Of a stretch of DNA of 64,000 bases, positions 31,228 to 41,347 are shown piece by piece. How positions within the stretch are numbered: position 1 is the first letter of the stretch; every line of letters begins with the position of its first letter. The translations under genes were made by a program, and so were the position numbers. The notes below the pieces were generated by a model. That model saw nothing but the letters and a program-made list of their open reading frames with translations. It had not been told where the DNA came from and made no database searches. The DNA comes from an uncultured bacterium (GTDB lineage Bacteria; Cyanobacteriota; Cyanobacteriia; Cyanobacteriales; JASJDA01), in assembly GCA_964458305.1 (NCBI GenBank), contig CAYWIH010000005.1:1591-65590 (forward strand), in the 5' to 3' direction.

Positions 31228-32691
31228 ATGTTACAAAATTCAGGCATTGTTACTACCTCAGATGTAAACACTGTAAGTAAGCCCGTTAGTGGTTGTGCAT
31301 CTTCTGGATGCGGTTCGCCAAGTACTGAAGTTCAAGATAAAAAGATACAAGAAAGAATAGCCAAACATCCTTGTTACAGTGAAGAAGCGCATCACCACTA
31401 CGCAAGGATGCACGTAGCAGTAGCACCAGCTTGTAACATTCAATGTAACTACTGCAACCGGAAATACGATTGTGCTAACGAAAGTCGTCCTGGAGTGGTC
31501 AGCGAATTATTAACTCCAGAAGAAGCAGCTCATAAAGTTTTGGTAGTTGCCGGACAAATTCCACAAATGTCAGTATTGGGAATTGCCGGCCCGGGAGATC
31601 CCCTAGCCAACCCGAAACAAACTTTTCGCACCTTTGAATTGATTGCAGATGAAGCACCAGATATCAAACTTTGCTTGTCAACTAACGGATTGATGTTACC
31701 CGAATACGTCGATCGAATTAAAGAATTAAATATCGATCACGTCACCATTACCATTAATATGGTAGACCCAGAAATCGGCACGCAAATTTATCCTTGGATT
31801 CGTTACAATCGCAAACGCTACACTGGATTAGAAGCAGCAAAAATCCTTCACGAAAAGCAAATGGAAGGATTGCAAGCACTCGCAGAAGCAGACATTTTAT
31901 GTAAAGTGAACTCGGTATTAATTCCGGGGATCAACGATCGCCACCTAGCAGAAGTCAATAAAGTCATCAGATCTAAAGGTGCGTTCATTCACAATATTAT
32001 GCCGTTAATTTCTGCTCCAGAACACGGCACCCACTTCGGTTTGACCGGACAAAGAGGGCCCAAACCAAGCGAACTAAAATTCGTTCAAGATTCATGTTCT
32101 GGCAATATGAAAATGATGCGCCACTGTCGTCAGTGTCGGGCCGATGCAGTAGGATTGTTAGGAGAAGACCGATCTAAAGAATTTACTAAAGATAAGTTCT
32201 TAGAAATGAGTCCAGAGTACGATGTAGATAAGCGTCAGGAAGTACATCAAACAATCGAACAATTCCAAACGCAACTCAAAAAAGAAAGAGTAGAAAAAGC
32301 CGCAGCTAAAAAAGTCAAAAAAGACAATCCAAAAATATTAGTAGCCGTAGCAACCAAAGGCGGCAGAATAGTCAACCAGCATTTCGGTCACGCTAAAGAA
32401 TTCCAAATCTACGAAGTAGACGGAGTCGAAGCCAAATTTATCGGACATCGCAAAGTAGACCAATACTGTCAAGGCGGTTACGGTGAAGAAGCCACCCTCG
32501 ATAACGTCATCGCTGCGATCGGAGACTGTAAAGCCGTTCTCGTTTCAAAAATCGGCGATTGTCCCAAAGAAAAATTACTTGCGGTTGGTATAGAAGCAGT
32601 CGAAGCATATCAGGCGATCGATACCGCAGCTATAGATTTCTACGAACAATACGTTTCGCAGAAAACCCCCCTCTCAGGAGTTAAATCATGA
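31228..32691 (+). CDS. nifB: NifB (radical-SAM FeMo-co biosynthesis protein with C-terminal NifX-like domain)
   Basis: 487 aa with the radical SAM motif [14 protein letters not shown]. The C-terminal NifX/NifB-type domain reads [26 protein letters not shown]. Confidence 0.95.
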   Translation: MLQNSGIVTTSDVNTVSKPVSGCASSGCGSPSTEVQDKKIQERIAKHPCYSEEAHHHYARMHVAVAPACNIQCNYCNRKYDCANESRPGVVSELLTPEEAAHKVLVVAGQIPQMSVLGIAGPGDPLANPKQTFRTFELIADEAPDIKLCLSTNGLMLPEYVDRIKELNIDHVTITINMVDPEIGTQIYPWIRYNRKRYTGLEAAKILHEKQMEGLQALAEADILCKVNSVLIPGINDRHLAEVNKVIRSKGAFIHNIMPLISAPEHGTHFGLTGQRGPKPSELKFVQDSCSGNMKMMRHCRQCRADAVGLLGEDRSKEFTKDKFLEMSPEYDVDKRQEVHQTIEQFQTQLKKERVEKAAAKKVKKDNPKILVAVATKGGRIVNQHFGHAKEFQIYEVDGVEAKFIGHRKVDQYCQGGYGEEATLDNVIAAIGDCKAVLVSKIGDCPKEKLLAVGIEAVEAYQAIDTAAIDFYEQYVSQKTPLSGVKS

Positions 32692-32858
32692 GTTATGCCA
32701 CAGTAAAAGATAACGATTATTGGGAATCTTGGTTTGTTACCTATAACCAGTTTCTCGAAAGACTAAAAAACAAAAAACAATCTGATTATTGGGATCGTTG
32801 GTTTGAAGTTTATTCGGCAAAAATGAGTTTATTGGGATCTAATTCTGCACCACAATAA
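32688..32858 (+). CDS. orf56: Cys-free Trp/Tyr-rich microprotein, translationally coupled to nifB (below the ORF-track size cutoff)
   Basis: Its ATG overlaps the nifB TGA (ATGA at 32688-32691), and AGGAG lies 7 nt upstream. The translation is [56 protein letters not shown], with the internal repeat DYWxxWFxxY occurring twice. Confidence 0.45.
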   Translation: MSYATVKDNDYWESWFVTYNQFLERLKNKKQSDYWDRWFEVYSAKMSLLGSNSAPQ

Positions 32859-32890
32859 TAAACTTCAAAAATCGGAGATTGAGAGGAGTT

Positions 32891-34075
32891 ATGAGGGACT
32901 GCACATATCTGGACAATAATGCCACAACCAAAATTGATGACGAAGTAGTAGCTCAAATGCTGCCATACCTAACCAAATATTACGGCAACCCTTCGAGCAA
33001 GCACCAATTTGGCGGACAAGTAGCTAAAGCAGTCAGAATAGCAAGAGAAAGAGTCGCTGCTTTGTTGGGTGCAAAAAATAGTTCTGAAATCGTCTTTACT
33101 AGTTGTGGTACGGAAGGAAATAATGCAGCAATTACCTCAGCTTTGTTAGCTAATCCGGCAAAAAAACAAATCGTAACCACCAGTGTCGAGCATCCAGCGG
33201 TACTGAAGGTTTGCCAGAGTTTAGAACGACGAGGCTATCAAGTAACTTATCTCTCAGTCAACGATCGAGGACAATTAAACCTCGATGAAGTAGAAAAAGC
33301 CATAACCGACGAGACAGCTTTAGTTTCCGTCATGTACGCCAATAACGAAACCGGGGTCATTTTCCCGATCTCAGCTATTGGCGAGATCGCTAAAAGTAAA
33401 GACGCTATCTTTCATGTCGATGCAGTTCAAGCAGTAGGGAAAATTCCCTTAAATATGCAAGATAGTTCGATCGATCTCCTCAGTTTGTCCGGGCATAAAA
33501 TTCACGCCCCCAAAGGCATTGGCGCGCTTTACGTTCGTCGAGGTTTTAAATTCTCCCCCCTAATAATTGGCGGCTCTCAAGAACGAGGTCGTCGCGGTGG
33601 CACCGAAAACGTACCGGGAATTGTTGCATTAGGTAAAGCAGCCGAACTCGCAGAGCAAAACTTGTGTAATATAAGACAAGAACGAACGCTGCGCGATCGA
33701 TTAGAAAGTAAAATTCTCTCTACTATCCCCAATACCGCAGTCAACGGAGATACAAATTCTAGATTACCGAACACTACCAATATAGGCTTCAAACAAGTCG
33801 AAGCAGAAGCAATCCTTTTATATTTAGAACGTCAAGGCATTTATGCTTCTTCCGGTTCTGCTTGTACTTCAGGAAATCTAGAACCTTCCCACGTACTTAA
33901 AGCAATGAAAGTATCAGATAGTATAATTCAAGGCTCGATTCGTTTTAGTTTGTCGAAATATAATACCGTCGCTGAAATCGATCGAGTATGTCTTGTATTA
34001 CCTAATATTATTGAAAATCTCAGAAATTTATCTTCATTAGATATCGAAGAAAGTGTAACGGGGACTATCAAATAA
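32891..34075 (+). CDS. nifS: NifS cysteine desulfurase
   Basis: It has the class V aminotransferase motifs YLDNNATT, SGHKIHAPKGIG and SSGSACTSG. The track ORF starts at TTG 32879, but ATG 32891 preceded by GAGAGGAG is more likely. Confidence 0.9.
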   Translation: MRDCTYLDNNATTKIDDEVVAQMLPYLTKYYGNPSSKHQFGGQVAKAVRIARERVAALLGAKNSSEIVFTSCGTEGNNAAITSALLANPAKKQIVTTSVEHPAVLKVCQSLERRGYQVTYLSVNDRGQLNLDEVEKAITDETALVSVMYANNETGVIFPISAIGEIAKSKDAIFHVDAVQAVGKIPLNMQDSSIDLLSLSGHKIHAPKGIGALYVRRGFKFSPLIIGGSQERGRRGGTENVPGIVALGKAAELAEQNLCNIRQERTLRDRLESKILSTIPNTAVNGDTNSRLPNTTNIGFKQVEAEAILLYLERQGIYASSGSACTSGNLEPSHVLKAMKVSDSIIQGSIRFSLSKYNTVAEIDRVCLVLPNIIENLRNLSSLDIEESVTGTIK

Positions 34076-34327
34076 ATGAAAGAGAATAATAAAGAAAAGT
34101 TAAGCCGATCGTTCGCAAAAATAGCTTCACAAACACTCGTCAATCCATCAATGAGATTGGAACTTGAGACAGTTAAAAATATTCCATCCTACTCGATATC
34201 AAAAATATCCTTGCAGCAATTATCCACAAAAAGAAAACAGACCAGACGGTGGCAAAATAGGCTATTGTCGCTCGATCGCGTAGTTGGGAACAACGAGAGA
34301 GAAGCGATCGGCAAACAATCCTTATAA
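34076..34327 (+). CDS. Doubtful 83-aa ORF abutting the nifS stop (not NifU)
   Basis: The ATG immediately follows the nifS TAA. The sequence is low-complexity and K/S/L-rich, with no Cys and no recognisable motif. Confidence 0.2.
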   Translation: MKENNKEKLSRSFAKIASQTLVNPSMRLELETVKNIPSYSISKISLQQLSTKRKQTRRWQNRLLSLDRVVGNNEREAIGKQSL

Positions 34328-34808
34328 ATAAGATTTATTGAAAAATCTCTTCTTTTTAGCCCAAATCTTAAAATTTGTCATCGAAGCAAAGTTAAATTAG
34401 GTATTTTGTCCTATCGTAATAGTAGAAATAAATTAGATAGATATTTACCACAGAAAAAATTAAAGCTTAAAAGCACAAAGAATTGCCGAAATATAACTTG
34501 AATTATTTAAATTCAAAACTCTGTAGTAACTAAAAAAAAGTAGCTCAAACTCGAGACAAACATGATATTTTTCAAGATCGAATCAAAAGGAGAACGCTCT
34601 CCTCCAGGCTTTCTCCTCGAGAAGATCTAAATCGAACCAGAGATATTTAAGGTAAGCCACGGAATTAATAATCCGATCCTCACCTGAATTAGTTGCCCGA
34701 CTTTCTTTCTTTGGCTCTCGATCGCTAGATCCCCTCAACTTGAATGGTGCAAAAAATTAACGCCATTCTTCCTCCAGATTTTAGACAACCAACTTCGGTC
34801 GGGATTGA

Positions 34809-35786
<978 letters not shown>

Positions 35787-35880
35787 AAAAACAGGGGAGA
35801 AAAGTCGAGTTAACTGTTAGTGCCAATAACTGATAACGACCTTCCCAACTCCCCATTTACAAGATCCGCTCGCAATCTTC

Positions 35881-35903
35881 AGTTGTCGTCCGACCCGACA
35901 ACT
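35881..35903 (+). other. Intercistronic stem-loop between nifH and nifD
   Basis: The 8-bp stem agttgtcg/cgacaact has a 7-nt loop. No T-run follows, so an RNA stability or processing element is more likely than a terminator. Confidence 0.5.
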
Positions 35904-35947
35904 AGGGATTTCTATACTCTAAAATCAACAAATTACAAGGGATCGCT

Positions 35948-37384
35948 ATGTCTACTGTAGAAGATAGGAAGCAACTAATCAAGGAGGTTCTGGATGCTTA
36001 TCCAGAGAAAGCGCGCAAAAGACGCGAAAAGCACCTCAACGTTTACGAAGAAGGTAAATCCGACTGCGGCGTAAAATCTAATAAAAAATCTCTTCCTGGT
36101 GTAATGACTGCTCGCGGTTGTGCTTACGCAGGTGCTAAAGGGGTTGTTTGGGGCCCGATCAAAGATATGATCCATATCTCCCACGGGCCAGTTGGTTGCG
36201 GTTATTACTCCTGGTCTGGTCGTCGTAACTACTATATCGGTACTACTGGAGTTGATACCTTCGGTACGATGCAATTCACCTCCGACTTCCAAGAAAGAGA
36301 TATCGTTTTCGGTGGTGACAAAAAATTAAAAATAATCATCGACGAATTAAACGACCTCTTCCCCCTCAACAACGGCTTTACGATCAACTCTGAATGTCCG
36401 ATCGGTCTGATTGGAGACGACATCGAAGCTGTTGCCAGACAAAAATCTAAAGATATCGATAAAACTGTAGTTCCTATTCGTTGCGAAGGTTTTAGAGGAG
36501 TTTCTCAATCTTTAGGACACCACATCGCTAACGACACGATCCGCGATTGGGTTTTCAAACCAGAAGATGAAAAAGAATCTACTTTTCAAGGTACTCCTTA
36601 CGATGTAGCAATCATCGGTGACTACAACATCGGTGGTGATGCTTGGTCTTCTCGTATTTTACTCGAAGAGATCGGCTTGAGAGTTGTCGCTCAGTGGTCT
36701 GGTGACGGTACTTTAGAAGAGATGAAGCTTACTCCCAACGTGAAGCTAAATCTAATTCACTGCTATCGTTCCATGAACTACATCAGCCGTTACATGGAAG
36801 AAAAATATGGTATTCCCTGGTTGGAATACAATTTCTTCGGCCCCACTAAAATTGCCGAATCTTTAAGAGCGATCGCCGCTAAATTCGACGAAACTATTCA
36901 ACAAAAAGCTGAAGAAGTTATCGCTAAATACGAGCCTACTGCTAACGAAATTCTTGCTAAATATCGCCCTCGTTTAGAAGGCAAAAAAGTAATGATGATG
37001 GTTGGTGGTTTGCGTCCTCGCCACGTCGTTCCAGCTTTCAAAGATTTAGGCATGGAAATCGTTGCTACTGGCTACGAATTCGCTCACGGTGACGACTATA
37101 AACGTACTACTGATTACGTTAAAGACAGCACAGTTATTTACGATGACGTAACAGGTTACGAATTCGAGAAATTTGCTGAAACTTTAGAACCCGATCTAGT
37201 TGCTGCTGGTATTAAAGAGAAATATGTATTCCAAAAAATGGGATTACCTTTCCGCCAAATGCACTCTTGGGATTATTCTGGCCCCTATCACGGCTATGAC
37301 GGTTTTGCTATCTTCGCTCGCGACATGGATTTAGCACTCAATAGCCCCACCTGGGATTTAATTAAAACTCCCTGGAAGAAGTAA
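35948..37384 (+). CDS. nifD: Nitrogenase MoFe protein alpha chain (uninterrupted)
   Basis: 478 aa. Typical NifD motifs are present ([28 protein letters not shown], and HCYRSMNY containing the FeMo-co Cys ligand). Confidence 0.97.
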   Translation: MSTVEDRKQLIKEVLDAYPEKARKRREKHLNVYEEGKSDCGVKSNKKSLPGVMTARGCAYAGAKGVVWGPIKDMIHISHGPVGCGYYSWSGRRNYYIGTTGVDTFGTMQFTSDFQERDIVFGGDKKLKIIIDELNDLFPLNNGFTINSECPIGLIGDDIEAVARQKSKDIDKTVVPIRCEGFRGVSQSLGHHIANDTIRDWVFKPEDEKESTFQGTPYDVAIIGDYNIGGDAWSSRILLEEIGLRVVAQWSGDGTLEEMKLTPNVKLNLIHCYRSMNYISRYMEEKYGIPWLEYNFFGPTKIAESLRAIAAKFDETIQQKAEEVIAKYEPTANEILAKYRPRLEGKKVMMMVGGLRPRHVVPAFKDLGMEIVATGYEFAHGDDYKRTTDYVKDSTVIYDDVTGYEFEKFAETLEPDLVAAGIKEKYVFQKMGLPFRQMHSWDYSGPYHGYDGFAIFARDMDLALNSPTWDLIKTPWKK

Positions 37385-37386
37385 AA

Positions 37387-37420
37387 CAGGGGAGCAGGGG
37401 AGCAGGGAGCAGGGAGCGAG
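37387..37420. repeat. G-rich 7-8 bp tandem repeat (CAGGGGAG x2, CAGGGAG x2) directly after the nifD stop
   Basis: Read directly: caggggag caggggag cagggag cagggag cgag. Confidence 0.85.
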
Positions 37421-37475
37421 TAATAAGATACTAATTCCAAGTATTGCTGTTTTAGAATCAACTCCGAATTTAAAA

Positions 37476-37507
37476 CCTCTGACCTCTGACCTCTGACCTC
37501 TGACCTC
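37476..37507. repeat. Heptamer tandem repeat CCTCTGA x4 plus a partial copy (STRR-like) in the nifD-nifK spacer
   Basis: Read directly: cctctga cctctga cctctga cctctga cctc. Confidence 0.9.
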
Positions 37508-37563
37508 AATATCGCCATCATCAATCTAATTAAGACGAGAATCACCATAATAGGAGTTATCAA

Positions 37564-39099
37564 ATGGCTCAAGATCCTAATAATATTAAAGACCACGTTG
37601 AGTTATTTCATCAACCAGAATATCAAGAACTTTTTCAAAGAAAACAAGAATCCGAGGGTATGGCCCCTCCTGAAGAAGTAGCTAAATTTGCTGAGTGGAC
37701 TAAATCTTGGGAATATCGCGAAAAGAACTTCGAGCGCAAACACTCTGTTATCAACCCAGCAAAAGCTTGCCAACCTCTAGGTGCTATTTTAGCTGCTGTT
37801 GGTTTTGAAGAAACTCTTCCCTTCGTTCAAGGTTCTCAAGGTTGTGTAGCTTACTTCCGTACTCACTTCTCCCGTCACTTTAAAGAGCCTTTTAACGCTG
37901 CTTCTAGCTCGATGACTGAAGATGCTGCAGTTTTCGGCGGTATGAAAAACATGATCGACGGGTTAACTAACAGCTACACCCTCTACAAACCCAAAATGAT
38001 TGCTGTCTGTACTACTTGTATGGCAGAAGTAATCGGTGATGACTTGGGTGCGTTCATCGGTAACGCTAAAAATGAAGGTGCTATCCCCAAAGATTTCCCA
38101 GTACCTTTCGCTCATACTCCTAGCTTTGTCGGCTCTCACATCACTGGCTACGACAATATGCTAAAAGGGATCCTTTCTAACTTGACTAAAGACCAGAAGA
38201 AAGAATCCACTAACGGTAAAATCAATTTCATCCCCGGGTTTGAAACTTATAGCGGTAACTTGCGCGAACTCAAGCACCTCGTAAGTGCAATGGGGGTAGA
38301 TGCGACTATCTTAGCAGATAACGAACACAATCTCGATTCTGCTAATACTGGCGAATATAAAATGTACCACGGTGGTACTCCTCTAGCAGAAGCAGCAGAT
38401 TCGATCAATGCCGAAGCTACTTTCGCTCTACAAACTTACACTACTCCCAAAACTCGCCAATACATCGAGAAAGAATGGGGTCAAAAAACTGGGGCTTTCC
38501 GTCCTTGGGGTATCAAAGCTACTGACGAGTTCTTAATGGCTCTATCTGAAGCTACTGGCAACCCAATTCCTGCCGAACTAGAACTAGAAAGAGGTCGCGC
38601 TGTCGATGCGATGACTGACTCTCAAGCTTGGGTTCACGGCAAGAAAGCAGCTATTTACGGCGATCCCGATTTAGTAATGGGTATGTTACAGTTCATGCTC
38701 GAATTGGGCATCGAACCCGTTCACGTACTCGTCACTAACAGCACTAAAGAGTTTGAAGCTGAAGCTAAAGCACTTCTAGAATCTAGTCCCTACGGACAAC
38801 AAGCTACTGTTTGGTGTGGTAAAGACTTGTGGCACTTACGCTCCTTGTTATTCACCGAGCCTGTAGATTTCTTAATCGGTAACTCCTACGGTAAATACCT
38901 CTGGCGCGATACTGGCACTCCATTAATCCGCATCGGCTATCCTCTGTTCGATCGCCATCACTTACATCGCTATTCTACTATCGGTTACAACGGTGCTCTC
39001 AACCTACTCAACTGGATTGTTAATACCGTTCTCGATGAATTAGATCGCAATACTATCGTCCCATCTAAAACCGATATCTCCTACGATTTAATTCGTTAA
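37564..39099 (+). CDS. nifK: Nitrogenase MoFe protein beta chain
   Basis: 511 aa with typical NifK motifs (CQPLGA, GSQGCVAYFR, CTTCMAEVIGDD). Confidence 0.97.
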   Translation: MAQDPNNIKDHVELFHQPEYQELFQRKQESEGMAPPEEVAKFAEWTKSWEYREKNFERKHSVINPAKACQPLGAILAAVGFEETLPFVQGSQGCVAYFRTHFSRHFKEPFNAASSSMTEDAAVFGGMKNMIDGLTNSYTLYKPKMIAVCTTCMAEVIGDDLGAFIGNAKNEGAIPKDFPVPFAHTPSFVGSHITGYDNMLKGILSNLTKDQKKESTNGKINFIPGFETYSGNLRELKHLVSAMGVDATILADNEHNLDSANTGEYKMYHGGTPLAEAADSINAEATFALQTYTTPKTRQYIEKEWGQKTGAFRPWGIKATDEFLMALSEATGNPIPAELELERGRAVDAMTDSQAWVHGKKAAIYGDPDLVMGMLQFMLELGIEPVHVLVTNSTKEFEAEAKALLESSPYGQQATVWCGKDLWHLRSLLFTEPVDFLIGNSYGKYLWRDTGTPLIRIGYPLFDRHHLHRYSTIGYNGALNLLNWIVNTVLDELDRNTIVPSKTDISYDLIR

Positions 39100-39212
39100 T
39101 TAGGATTTGGGGACTATGGAGAATTGGGAAAAATTCAACCTACTTTTCTCAGTTTTCTCCTCTCTTTTGAAGGGAGGATCTCTCCCCAAGGCTTGGTTTT
39201 TTCTCTGAATGT

Positions 39213-39282
39213 CGAGAAAACCTCGGCCCTCCTGCGGGCCTTGTCTTCGCTACGGCGAACGAAATCCACTTTCTCGTTTTTT
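39213..39282 (+). terminator. Compound RNA structure plus U-tract downstream of nifK (terminator/attenuator or stability element)
   Basis: The outer stem cgagaaa (39213-19) / tttctcg (39270-76) encloses two hairpins. These are ggccc-tcctgc-gggcc at 39225-40 and ttcgc-tacg-gcgaa at 39246-59. T6 (39277-82) follows. Confidence 0.45.
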
Positions 39283-39301
39283 CTGACAATGAGGCTTCGT
39301 T

Positions 39302-39616
39302 ATGACTGCTACAACTCGCTTTGTTGGTCTGCGACCGCTTTTTTTGTTTCCTCTGAATTTATTACTGTTTCCAATTCGTCTTTTAATCGACAAAATTGAA
39401 GTCAAAAATGAGGAAACTGCTCGTTTGATTTGCAAATTAATCCCTTGCAATTGTCCTTTTGAAAGAGATTTCATTTTGTTTGGCAAACGACTTTTTCACA
39501 TTCCGCCGATGTGCAAGCTCAATCCTCTCTATAACGAATTTGTCGGTTTGCGTTTGCGCGCTCTTAACTATCTCAGCGACGATCTGAGCGAGGATGTTTC
39601 TCAATACATTTGCTAA
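39302..39616 (+). CDS. Mo-dependent nitrogenase C-terminal domain family protein (Mo-nitro_C-like)
   Basis: 104 aa. ICKLIPCNCPFERDFILFGKRLFHIPPMCKLNPLYNEFVGLRLRALNYL matches the small protein conserved after nifK in cyanobacteria. Confidence 0.75.
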   Translation: MTATTRFVGLRPLFLFPLNLLLFPIRLLIDKIEVKNEETARLICKLIPCNCPFERDFILFGKRLFHIPPMCKLNPLYNEFVGLRLRALNYLSDDLSEDVSQYIC

Positions 39617-39849
39617 CAATAATTTTTTAAAATTTCGGGCAATATAACAATTACTAACTTAATAATTGATTGCCTCTTTCTAACATAAGTTAATATTCGT
39701 TTTTGAGTACATATTCCCTCAATATATCTGTATAAGATTTTACCAAAAAAAACTAATTTTTGTTTGCATTGCTAATTTTTTTTAGATTCGCTGAGATACC
39801 TGCGATCGCAGATCGCCTAATTTACCTCTAAACAGTCAATTTTTCTATC

Positions 39850-41292
39850 ATGAAATCTAAAACTAAAATCGCCGCACTTTTAAACGAACCTGGTTGCGAC
39901 CACAATCACAAAAAAGATAAAGATAAAAACAAAGCTTGCAAACAACAAGCCAAACCCGGAGCAGCTCAAGGTGGATGTGCTTTTGATGGTGCTTCAATAA
40001 CTTTAGTTCCGATTACCGACGCAGCCCATTTAGTTCACGGGCCGATCGCTTGTTCTGGAAATTCTTGGGGCAGTCGGGGCAGTTTATCTTCGGGGCCTAC
40101 TTTATATAAAACAGGATTTACGACGGATTTAAGCGAAAACGATATTATTTTTGGCGGTGAAAAGAAATTATATAAAGCAATTTCTCGGATTATTAAAGAA
40201 TATCAACCCGCCGCAGTTTTTGTTTATTCTACTTGCGTAACGGCATTGATTGGAGACGATCTCGATGCAGTTTGTCAAGCCGCAACAAAGAAATTTAACA
40301 AACCAGTAATTCCGGTTCATTCTGCGGGTTTTGTAGGTAGTAAAAACTTGGGCAACCGATTGGCAGGAGAAGCATTATTAGAACACGTGATCGGTACTGG
40401 CGAACCGGAATATACTACCGATTACGATATTAATTTAATCGGAGAATACAATATTGCCGGAGAAATGTGGAACGTTTTACCCTTATTTGAAAAATTGGGA
40501 ATTAGGGTACTGGCAAAAATGACCGGAGATGCTTGCTATGAAGAAATAACTACAGCACACCGCGCCAAACTTAACGTAGTAATTTGTTCTAAGGCATTAA
40601 TCAACGTAGCCCGGAAAATGGAAGAGCGTTATGACATTCCTTATATCGAAGCATCATTTTACGGCATCGAAGATATCAATAAATGCTTGCGAGATATTGC
40701 GGTTAAATTAGGAGATAAAAATTTACAAGAAAAAGTAGAGAAATTAATTGCTTACGAAACTGCCAAACTCGATCGGGCTTTAGCTCCTTACCGAGAAAGA
40801 TTAAAAAACAAACGCATGGTATTGTACACCGGTGGCGTAAAAAGTTGGTCGATAATTGCAGCAGCTAAAGAGTTAGGCATGAATGTCGTCGCTACGAGTA
40901 CCAGAAAAAGCACCGAAGAAGATAAAGCGCGCATCAAAGAATTATTAGGTAAAGACGGGATCGCCCTAGAAAAAGGCGGAGCGACGGAAATACTTAAAGT
41001 AATTGAAAAAACCAAAGCCGAGCTGCTCGTTGCTGGTGGCAGAAACCAATATACAGCCCTCAAAGCTCGCATTCCCTTCCTCGATATTAACCAAGAACGA
41101 CACCATCCCTATGCAGGATATTCGGGACTGGTAGAAATGGCTAAAGAAATAGACGAAGCTCTTTACAGCCCAATATGGGAGCAAGTACGTTCGATCGCAC
41201 CTTGGCAGCAGCAGCAAGAAGCATCGGTAGCAAGGGGCACATCGGCAGCAAGAGCAATAACGGGACTGAGAAATAACCCGTCTGAATTCTAA
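39850..41292 (+). CDS. nifE: NifE FeMo-co scaffold subunit
   Basis: 480 aa, NifD-like, with GCAFDGA, HGPIACSG and STCVTALIGDD motifs. Confidence 0.95.
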   Translation: MKSKTKIAALLNEPGCDHNHKKDKDKNKACKQQAKPGAAQGGCAFDGASITLVPITDAAHLVHGPIACSGNSWGSRGSLSSGPTLYKTGFTTDLSENDIIFGGEKKLYKAISRIIKEYQPAAVFVYSTCVTALIGDDLDAVCQAATKKFNKPVIPVHSAGFVGSKNLGNRLAGEALLEHVIGTGEPEYTTDYDINLIGEYNIAGEMWNVLPLFEKLGIRVLAKMTGDACYEEITTAHRAKLNVVICSKALINVARKMEERYDIPYIEASFYGIEDINKCLRDIAVKLGDKNLQEKVEKLIAYETAKLDRALAPYRERLKNKRMVLYTGGVKSWSIIAAAKELGMNVVATSTRKSTEEDKARIKELLGKDGIALEKGGATEILKVIEKTKAELLVAGGRNQYTALKARIPFLDINQERHHPYAGYSGLVEMAKEIDEALYSPIWEQVRSIAPWQQQQEASVARGTSAARAITGLRNNPSEF

Positions 41293-41347
41293 CTTCTCTA
41301 CTAAACTACCGCAATAAGCCCCGACCAATCTCTGACTTGATAAAATC

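Noticed and set aside
34076-34327. The 83-aa ORF after nifS as a possible NifU remnant.
   Set aside because: It has no Cys residues and no IscU-like, 2Fe-2S or Nfu-type motifs. The sequence is low-complexity and K/S/L-rich. It is kept only as a low-confidence ORF and is not called a pseudogene.
35948-37384. Looked for developmental excision elements (a nifD or fdxN element with xisA/xisF-type recombinases) or other mobile DNA within the nif cluster.
   Set aside because: nifD is a single uninterrupted 478-aa ORF. No integrase, transposase or recombinase-like ORF was recognised anywhere in the window.
37387-37507. Short tandem repeats as a possible CRISPR array.
   Set aside because: The units are 7-9 bp with no spacers, which is far too short. 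No cas genes are present in the window.
39124-39486. ORFs 39124-39399 (+) and 39250-39486 (-) downstream of nifK.
   Set aside because: They cover the structured, U-tract-containing spacer and overlap the well-supported Mo-nitro_C-family gene (39302-39616). No motifs were seen.
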